From contig JAYZQJ010000155.1 in the NCBI GenBank assembly GCA_036149055.1, positions 1 through 64,000 of the forward strand: a stretch of 64,000 nucleotides of DNA, in the 5' to 3' direction. Source of the stretch: Myxococcota bacterium (GTDB taxonomy: Bacteria > Myxococcota_A > Polyangia > Polyangiales > Sandaracinaceae). Below are positions 1 through 7,044 of this stretch, piece after piece; within the stretch, counting starts at the first letter, position 1; the number at the start of each line of letters is the position of its first letter. The notes beneath the pieces are model-generated. The model saw only the letters and a program-made list of their open reading frames with translations. It was not told where the DNA came from and ran no database searches. The translations under genes and the position numbers were made by a program.

Positions 1-492
1 TGGCCCTCGTCTCCGTCCGTCCCCGCTCGGACACGATGGACATCATGCGTGGCCGACCCTCGCCACCTCGCCGATGCCCATCACGTGACCCGCGCGCACC
101 TCCATCGAACGCCGTGCGCGGCAACACGACGCCGAGCCCGAGACCGCCTCCGACGCGCCCGCGCCGCCGCGCGATCCCTGGCGCCTCCTCGAGCGTGACG
201 ATCGAGCCGCCGCGCTCCCCGCCGAGCGCCTCGATCGAGACGACCTCGCCTCGCGCCCCCTCGACGACGAGCGGCCCGCTCACCGGGCCCGTCCCACCAT
301 GACGTCGAAGCCGTGGCGCTGAGAGCGCGGGAACACCCACCGCCACACTCTGCCCGCGCACCTGAGATCCCCCGCGTACGACACGTTCGGGCCCAGGATA
401 CCCGCCCCGCCGCCGCATTCCCGACTGCTCCAAGATGTAGTCGCGTATCGCGCCCTCGTCGGAGGTCGGTCGGTGACCGGCCGCCCGCCGGG

Positions 493-933
493 TCAGTCGA
501 CGAGCAGCGCGCGTACGTCAGGTTCCGCCAGGCGCCTTCGGAGCCACACCTTCGCGACGAACGCGGGACCGGCGACCGCGACGTTGACATGGACGAGCCA
601 CTCGCTCTCCTCCGGGATGTCGGGGGAGTCGACCACGAGCGCCAGGACCGAGAGCCCCAGCACCCACTCGATGGAGGCCCACCGGCTGAACCAGTACCGG
701 CCCCACTCCCGTCGCCGCAGGAGCTCTCGCGTGACCGTGAACGGGAAGAGCGCGACGATCCCGGCCAGGGTGGCGCCCAGCGCGAACAGCCAGGGTGACT
801 CGACGGCGCGCTCGCGCGCGAGCCAGACGAGGTACGCGACCTCGACGGCCAGCAGCAGGTTCGCGCCGGCGAAGAACCACGCTGCGGCGCGGACGACGGC
901 CTCTGGGGCCGGTGAGCTGTCGAGCTTGCGCAA
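493..933 (-). CDS. Hypothetical membrane protein (about 4 TM segments)
   Basis: 146-aa ORF with hydrophobic stretches (WFFAGANLLLAVEVAYLVWL, WLFALGATLAGIVALF, WVLGLSVLALVV); GC3-rich codons. Confidence 0.6.
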   Translation of the reverse strand: MRKLDSSPAPEAVVRAAAWFFAGANLLLAVEVAYLVWLARERAVESPWLFALGATLAGIVALFPFTVTRELLRRREWGRYWFSRWASIEWVLGLSVLALVVDSPDIPEESEWLVHVNVAVAGPAFVAKVWLRRRLAEPDVRALLVD

Positions 934-1122
934 GCCGTCAATCTAGATGGGCTGACGCCGTTCTTCGAGCAGCGCGCTCAGGCGGCCGTCGGCGGTCACC
1001 CGGAGGCGGTGCTGGCCGCCGGGTTCGCGAGTCACCGTGTCGCTGACAGCGCTCATGAGCGATTCTCCAACGCGGCCATCCTCCGGTCCCGTCCAACGGC
1101 ACCAAGACCCTCGGTCGCCGAG

Positions 1123-1452
1123 CCAGTCGATTCCGGTTATCAACTGGACTCTGCGTTCGAGCGAGAAAATGAGATCGACAGCGATTCTGCTCTGAGCTCA
1201 GAGCGTTCTCGATTCCGGTTATCAACTGGGCTCTGAGCGCAGAGCAACTCTTGATAACCGGAACCGGAAACAGCCTGAGCGCAGAGTCCAGTTGATTCGC
1301 GCTATCAACTAGGCTCTGAGCTCAGAGCCCAGTTGATTCCGGCTATCAACTAGGCTCTGAGCTCAGAGCGGGTTTCGATATCCGATACCGAAAACGCTCT
1401 GAGCTCAGAGTCCAGTTGATTCGCGTTATCAACTGGGCTGAGAGCTCGAGCT
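1123..1452. repeat. Tandem array of a 16-bp palindrome (GCTCTGAGCTCAGAGC) separated by 25-26 bp hairpin-forming spacers; period 41-42 bp
   Basis: Repeat copies start at 1148 (degenerate), 1189, 1230, 1272 (degenerate), 1313, 1354, 1396 and 1437 (degenerate). Spacers at 1123, 1288, 1329 and 1412 match CCAGTYGAT-N7-ATCAACTRG; the one at 1205 matches partly. Confidence 0.92.
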
Positions 1453-1652
1453 CGAGTCTCTGAATTCGACGTTCGAGGGCCAGAGCGTGGGCCCTCGAGG
1501 CCTGCGCAGAGACCTGGAGGGTCTGGGCTCGAGAAAAAAAACTTCGCCCGAGCACGAAACCTCGGCCGGGTCGCTCCGATGGAGGTCGCGTCATCGGGGG
1601 GACCACGTCGGGCGCGGTGCTCGGGGCTTGGATTCCCTCGGGAAGGATCCCC

Positions 1653-2465
1653 ATGGACCACGACGATCTCTCGACGTTCATCCGCCCCAAGCGCTTCGAC
1701 GGCCTGACGGGCGTCTTCCTCGCTCGGGCCCTGCTCGAGGTCACCCCGGAGGACGCCGACGAACGGCTGCTCCGGGAGGCGGCCAGGGTGAGAACGGAGG
1801 CGGAGCACATCCGCCTGACGCTCATCCAGCGCCGCCACCAGACGCCGGCCGAGGTCGGCAAGTGGGGCGGCCGGGTGGACGATGGCTGGATGGCCATCGA
1901 CCAGGGGCTCGAGTCGAGGATTCGCCTCGCGCCCAGCCCCTCCGCCACCCGCGCCACCGAGCTCCGGCAGGAGATCTTCCCGGACGGCACCGGCTTCGTC
2001 CGCCTCCCCGGCAAGCAGCAGTGGAGTCACAGCGACCTCCTGCTGCAGCAGATCGACGAGGCCGGCCTCGCGGCCGAGCTCGACGCCCTCCTCGGTCCCG
2101 AGTACCTCGCCTACCTCCGCCCCGCCCACGAGGCCTACGGCCGCGCGCTCGGCCTCGGCCGCGACGCGAACGACACCCCCGAGTCGGACGCGCTCCGCGA
2201 CAACATCACCACGCTGAGCTACGCCATCGCCGAGTACTGCCGCATCCTCGTCGGCCAGCTCGTCCGCGGTGACGAGGCGAGCGAGGCGCGCTTCCGCCGC
2301 GCCGTCGGCCCCCTCGCCGCCCACCTCGAGGCGACCGCGCGTCGCCGCGCCGCGGGCGAGGAGCCCGAGGAGCCCACCCCCGAGCCCGACCTCGACGAGC
2401 CCCTCCCCGACGTCGACGCCCCGCCCCCGGTGGTCGACGACCCGCCGGTCCCGCTCGAGGCCTGA
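1653..2465 (+). CDS. Uncharacterised alpha-helical protein with acidic Pro-rich tail (FPDG-x-x-F motif family seen in myxobacteria)
   Basis: ATG at 1653 after GGAAGGA; strong GC3 bias; motifs IFPDGTGFVRL and LRPAHEAYGRALG; EEPEEPTPEPDLDEPLP tail. Confidence 0.85.
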   Translation: MDHDDLSTFIRPKRFDGLTGVFLARALLEVTPEDADERLLREAARVRTEAEHIRLTLIQRRHQTPAEVGKWGGRVDDGWMAIDQGLESRIRLAPSPSATRATELRQEIFPDGTGFVRLPGKQQWSHSDLLLQQIDEAGLAAELDALLGPEYLAYLRPAHEAYGRALGLGRDANDTPESDALRDNITTLSYAIAEYCRILVGQLVRGDEASEARFRRAVGPLAAHLEATARRRAAGEEPEEPTPEPDLDEPLPDVDAPPPVVDDPPVPLEA

Positions 2466-2487
2466 GCCTCGGCCGACCCGGCCCTCC

Positions 2488-2520
2488 GAGGCCCCGCCCA
2501 GCGCGCCTGGGCGGGGCCTC
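2488..2520 (+). terminator. Perfect 14-bp GC-rich stem-loop after the 1653-2465 gene (putative terminator or RNA-stabilising hairpin)
   Basis: GAGGCCCCGCCCAG-cgcgc-CTGGGCGGGGCCTC; no clear U-tract. Confidence 0.55.
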
Positions 2521-2629
2521 TCGCTTGGCGGAGACGCGCTGCGCGCTTCGGCACGGTGCGCCGCGCCGGGACTCGACACGAACGTCTTCGGAGCCCCCTC
2601 CGATATCGTGCATCATCGCAAGGAGCATC

Positions 2630-3484
2630 GTGAGAGCCAGCGACGACGACGCGACCACGAGCCCGGTGAGGAGTGACCCGCCCACCGCCCCGGGCTGGAA
2701 GAGCGCGGCCCTGGCGATCGTGTGGTTCCTCGGGTTCTGCGCCGTCGATTGGACGGTGGGCCCGCGGCTGGCCGGGCACGGGCTGGCGCGCTGGGGCAAC
2801 GCGCCGTGGCCGCTCGCGCTGGGCGCGGCGCTCGCCGTGCTGGGCTTGGCGCGGCGCGAGTGGCGCGCCCTCCTGGTGGCGCCAGCAGCCCTGCCCCTCG
2901 CCGCGCTCGTCCAGGAGACCGTCCGCGCCACGCTCCTCGACGCGCTGCCCGCGCGACTCGTCGCGGCGACCCGCGTCCCCTGGATCGAAGCGTGCGCCTT
3001 CGGCGTCGTCATCTCGACGGCGGCCCTCGTGGCGGGCGAGCTCCGCGACAGCATCCGGCCGCGCAACCGCCTGGACCTCCTCGCCCCGTCGGTGGGTGTC
3101 CTCGCCTGCGCGGCGTCCGTCCTCGTGCAGGACCTGTGGCTCTGGTGCGTCCCCACTACGATCGGGGCGCTGGTCCTGCGGCGACGCGAGGGCTGGGCCC
3201 GAGCGACGGGGGTGGTGGCCGTCAGCATGCTGGCCCCGCAGATCGCGGCCATCGCGCGTGCGGCGGCCAGGACCTGGGGCGCCATCAACCTGCCGGAAGC
3301 TCGCCACCAGGTGCTGGCGGAGCAGTTCTGGCCGACTCACGACCTTCTCTGGACCGCCGCCGCCGCCGCCCTCGCCGGGGGCGCCGTCACACAGCTCGCC
3401 CGGCGGAAGGAGCTCGGCCACCTCTTCACCATCCTCGCCGCCGCCGCCGCCTGGCTCGCGGCGTGGATGCTGCGGGCGTCGTGA
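2630..3484 (+). CDS. Hypothetical multi-pass membrane protein
   Basis: GTG at 2630 after AAGGAG; many hydrophobic segments. Confidence 0.7.
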   Translation: MRASDDDATTSPVRSDPPTAPGWKSAALAIVWFLGFCAVDWTVGPRLAGHGLARWGNAPWPLALGAALAVLGLARREWRALLVAPAALPLAALVQETVRATLLDALPARLVAATRVPWIEACAFGVVISTAALVAGELRDSIRPRNRLDLLAPSVGVLACAASVLVQDLWLWCVPTTIGALVLRRREGWARATGVVAVSMLAPQIAAIARAAARTWGAINLPEARHQVLAEQFWPTHDLLWTAAAAALAGGAVTQLARRKELGHLFTILAAAAAWLAAWMLRAS

Positions 3485-3786
3485 TGATGCGCCGCCAACG
3501 GGGACGTCTGGTCCACGAGGCCCTCGGCCTCTTCTCTCCGGAGAACGGCCTCGACCACGCAACAGCCTCCGAGCTGCTGCGGCATCAGCTCGAGGCCCCG
3601 GCCTGGCGGGAGGGACTACGCAAGGACCTCTCCGCGCTGCTTCGCGACGCCGACACCGACTGGATGTCCGTGGTGGACAACGACGAGTTCCGAATGGGCG
3701 AGTTCGATGGACCCGATGACGCCCGTGCGTTCGTCGAGCGTCTCCTGGGGCCGTTCGTCGAGCGTCTCCTGGGGCCGTTCGTCTAG
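3481..3786 (+). CDS. Small acidic hypothetical protein (possibly immunity-like) with duplicated C-terminus
   Basis: GTGA overlap with the upstream stop; protein-like sequence LVHEALGLFSPENGLD...WMSVVDNDEF; ends FVERLLGP-FVERLLGP-FV. Confidence 0.65.
   Translation: MMMRRQRGRLVHEALGLFSPENGLDHATASELLRHQLEAPAWREGLRKDLSALLRDADTDWMSVVDNDEFRMGEFDGPDDARAFVERLLGPFVERLLGPFV
3728..3783. repeat. 24-bp perfect tandem duplication (2.3 copies)
   Basis: CGTTCGTCGAGCGTCTCCTGGGGC at 3728-3751 and 3752-3775, partial copy at 3776-3783. Confidence 0.95.
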
Positions 3787-4053
3787 CGCACCTCGCACTA
3801 AGCCGGATAGCGGCTCGAATTCTCGGGCACCGGGCTTGTGCAGTGACTCGCAGGCGCCCTCGCCTGTAGCAGGAATGCGAGAGGCCCGGCGTCGCGTCGC
3901 TCTAGCAAAGATGCTTCAAGACGGGACCGGCTTGCCAGCGGTATCCTGCCTACGGCAACCTGACAGGGCCAGACCCTTGATCTCCTTCTCGAGAGCTTCA
4001 CGGACAGACAACAGGGTCGGGTACCGCCTGAGCGAGGCGCCGTCGTCCACAAC

Positions 4054-4460
4054 CGTGCTCGCGCAGCAGCACGGCGACTCGCTGGTGCGCCCGAGCTTCG
4101 AGCAGATCCAGTTGTCCGCCTTGGAGCCCGAGGCCGACGGCCAGCAGAGCGCCCCCGCGCAGGCCGAGTTGGACCTGGCGCTCGAGGAGGCCGTCCGGAT
4201 CCGCCAGCGCATCCCGGAGCCCGCCAAGGACCCGTCGCCAGCCGCACAGATCGAAGCCGGACACCTGGTCCGCGATGCTTCGGATGCGCTGGACCGCCCG
4301 CGCCTCGTAGGCGAGGTCATCGTCGGCGCGTTCATCGCGGAGACGAAGAAGCAGGCGCGCGAGAAGGACGGCGAGCGCCGTCGGACCTGGTGCAGCGACG
4401 GCTGGGCGGCGACGACGCGGCGGAGGGCGAAACTCGCGAGCTGCCAGCGGAGATCCCAGC
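4054..4460 (+). pseudogene. Possible degraded gene fragment
   Basis: Protein-like, GC3-rich stretch (AQAELDLALEEAVRIRQRIPE...GEVIVGAFIAETKKQARE) without a convincing start or recognisable family. Confidence 0.3.
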
Positions 4461-4690
4461 GCGGTGTGGGCGCTCCACTGTATTCTGGAGTTCACGAAGG
4501 TCTTCTCGGCCGGACGCGCGGATCCGCTGGCGAGGCGGGAGCCTTACGGAGAGGCGTTCTTCGATGTAATCGTGTTGGATGACGAGCGAGACGGCTCCAG
4601 CCAGTCACCTTGCCCTTTCCACCGGTCCGAGTCGCTCCCCCGGACGAACACGTTCGATTCAAAGAGAATAGCAGCCCAGATGGAGATGTC

Positions 4691-4858
4691 ATGACCGACA
4701 ACAAGCAGCCCAAGAAGAACAAGAACGAGAGACACGGCAACGTCCCCCTTCGCGAGGAGCGACGGGATTCGAACGACAAGGTCATCACGCACGACTACCC
4801 GAAGAATCGTCAAACGCCGATCCCGCCCCCGCCAAGCGAAGCCCCCCCGAAACCGTAG
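4691..4858 (+). CDS. Small Lys/Pro-rich hypothetical protein (55 aa)
   Basis: ATG after GGAG; MTDNKQPKKNKNERHG...PIPPPPSEAPPKP; directly upstream of the 4879 gene. Confidence 0.5.
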   Translation: MTDNKQPKKNKNERHGNVPLREERRDSNDKVITHDYPKNRQTPIPPPPSEAPPKP

Positions 4859-4878
4859 GCCTCAACCTGGCAACCCCC

Positions 4879-5877
4879 ATGACCGACAGTCTACAGCTAG
4901 TACTGAGCCCAGTCCTTGGTGCCCTCGGAGGAATCGCGACACACCTTCTAATCGGGTACGCGAAGACACGCCAAATCGCCGCTGACTCAGCTCGAGACTT
5001 GGCCGTGGACGTCGCGGGAACGCTCAACGCAGCCGAGCACCTCTTCAGCGAACTGTGCAAGCCACGCGGACCACTGCCGCAGGAGGGGCGTTCACTACTG
5101 CGAGATGAACTCGTGAAGCACGCGAGCGACTGGAGCCTTGCCAACCCCTCCCTTGAACTCAGCCAGGTACTGCCGAACCTAAACAACGAAGAGCTGCACC
5201 GGCTATGCATGAACTGGCACGATCGACTGGCTCACTTCAGGCGCAACTCCGCCTTGCATAGGGAAGCCTACTACTGGCTTCTCGACCTTTCGAAAGAAGC
5301 CGACCCGAGCGACCCATCGGCGGTCGAGAGAATCCACGGACTCGACCACTACCGAGCTCGATGTACCGCTCATTGCCGCGACATTCTCCAGATCGGATAC
5401 GAACTGCTTCAGCGCCTTTCGGAGTCGAACCTGTCGACTTGGCCACCCCTCAGCAGGAGAAGTACACCACCGCTCTCAACTACGCTTCGAAGGCACTATA
5501 AACTGTCCCCCGAGCAACTCTCACGGCGAGCCGCCTACTACCGCATCCATGACTTATGCACACCTTATTGTGACAAGCGGTCCTACTCACGTGTCGCGCT
5601 TTCCACTCAGACCGACCACTCGTTCCACGCACTGTGCGTCCGGATAGAACTCGAACCGGGCCGGACCTTCCAAGCCGTCTGGCGCCCGGATGACGAGGTT
5701 GCCCTGCCCCACGGCAAACTCCTCTCCGCCCGCGCACGCCTGCCGTCCGGCCACTGGGAGACAGTGCGAATGGTTCGGCTGGATCGGGTTCTTGCGGCCT
5801 CGCGGAGCGCGCTGGAGGAACCCTTCCAGTTCACGGTCCAGGCTGAGCAAGGACAGCCAAGGCTCGTAGAAGCCTGA
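4879..5877 (+). CDS. Hypothetical protein with N-terminal TM anchor and helical domain
   Basis: 332-aa ORF in the lower-GC region; LQLVLSPVLGALGGIATHLLIG at the N-terminus. Confidence 0.7.
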   Translation: MTDSLQLVLSPVLGALGGIATHLLIGYAKTRQIAADSARDLAVDVAGTLNAAEHLFSELCKPRGPLPQEGRSLLRDELVKHASDWSLANPSLELSQVLPNLNNEELHRLCMNWHDRLAHFRRNSALHREAYYWLLDLSKEADPSDPSAVERIHGLDHYRARCTAHCRDILQIGYELLQRLSESNLSTWPPLSRRSTPPLSTTLRRHYKLSPEQLSRRAAYYRIHDLCTPYCDKRSYSRVALSTQTDHSFHALCVRIELEPGRTFQAVWRPDDEVALPHGKLLSARARLPSGHWETVRMVRLDRVLAASRSALEEPFQFTVQAEQGQPRLVEA

Positions 5878-5939
5878 GCAGGTCCCCAAAGCTCCGGCCA
5901 GCGAACAGAGGCCAGGCGTACCCAGTGGCCGGCCCAGAC

Positions 5940-6935
5940 CTACCTATAGGTCGTCTCAGATGAACAGATCTTTACACTGCCTGGGGGCCGCCCAAGACTA
6001 AGCAAAAACATCTCAAGGCTATGTTCGGTTGTGGGAGCAGCACGAGGACCCATCCAGATCTCGGCAATGGAAGTAGGCGCCTCACCGTCAGCACCACGAA
6101 GAGGCCAGTCGAGGTACGGAGCCATTCCATACTTTGTGTCTCTAAACCCAAGCAGCTGGGTGTCACGAAGGCGCTTCGCACACTTCTGCGCGAACTCCGC
6201 GGTCGGTATCCACACCAGGCGCCATTCCCGCTCCTCCTGGAAGCCTGGATGCTTGAAATAGCACGCCAAGAGACTGGCCAGACGCAGAACCGACGCGACA
6301 CAAACCAGTTCCGCCTGAGTCTGCTCCAGACCTTGCTCAACCGCCTGTTTGCTCGCTTCGATCATTCGCGGGATGACACTGAGTGCTTCACTCTGGCGGC
6401 CTTCATCATACAAGACCGGAGCCAGCAGTGGACCCATCAGATCCGTCGAGAGCTCTGGGCATATCTCAGTCGCCTCCGGCACCTTCGCGAGCCGAAAACC
6501 CACCGAGTATCCGTCGCCATCGTTGGCGTAGGCCCGCCACTGACTGAGAGAATCCGGATCTTCTGAGAAGCAGGCCACGAAGACTTCTTTGCCTAGCACG
6601 GCTGGGTGCGTCGCGAGGTGAGACAGAAGGTCCTTGGTGACCTTGGCAGTCATAGGCTCGAGGTCATTGTTGCCGTCGGCAACGCGCAGCATCCGATCCC
6701 AGATGTATTTCCCTTCGCCATAGTCGTTGAGGAAGGCACTATGCGTAGCCCAGATCCGCTCGTGCTCGAGTATCGATCTGAGCGCCCGACCGTCGGTGTA
6801 TTGATACAGAGTGGGGATGGCCCCAACCTCAGCAGGTGCAACCTGCTCGATGACCTGATTGATCAGGGCGTCGAGTTCGCGATCGAGGGACTGATACAAA
6901 TCCGATTCGGTCATGAGGCAATGTACCGCGATCAA
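5940..6935 (-). CDS. DUF2971 domain-containing protein
   Basis: Motifs LYQYT..., IWATHSAFLND, FVACFSEDPDSLSQWRAYA, GYSVGF, FKHPGFQEEREWRL, EIWMGP; start may be the ATG at 6914. Confidence 0.88.
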   Translation of the reverse strand: MIAVHCLMTESDLYQSLDRELDALINQVIEQVAPAEVGAIPTLYQYTDGRALRSILEHERIWATHSAFLNDYGEGKYIWDRMLRVADGNNDLEPMTAKVTKDLLSHLATHPAVLGKEVFVACFSEDPDSLSQWRAYANDGDGYSVGFRLAKVPEATEICPELSTDLMGPLLAPVLYDEGRQSEALSVIPRMIEASKQAVEQGLEQTQAELVCVASVLRLASLLACYFKHPGFQEEREWRLVWIPTAEFAQKCAKRLRDTQLLGFRDTKYGMAPYLDWPLRGADGEAPTSIAEIWMGPRAAPTTEHSLEMFLLSLGRPPGSVKICSSETTYR

Positions 6936-7044
6936 AGGCTCGATAGGAGGTGCGTGAGGGAGACTCGGGCCAGCTCGCCGCCGTCACGCGCCGATCTGGG
7001 ACGGGCCGACGCCAAGGTAGGCGTGTTCCTGAGTGCCATCATGT

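Noticed and set aside
1..470. Coding sequence at the window start
   Set aside because: No frame has a convincing start together with a recognisable product.
1123..1452. Canonical CRISPR array
   Set aside because: The repeat is only 16 bp, most spacers are near-identical hairpins rather than unique sequences, and there are no cas genes in the window.
1123..1452. TIGR-Tas-type array (CTGA and TTGAT resemble box D/C)
   Set aside because: The period is 41-42 rather than about 36 nt, there are no paired variable short spacers, and no Nop-domain motif is recognisable in the adjacent protein. A profile search would be needed to exclude it fully.
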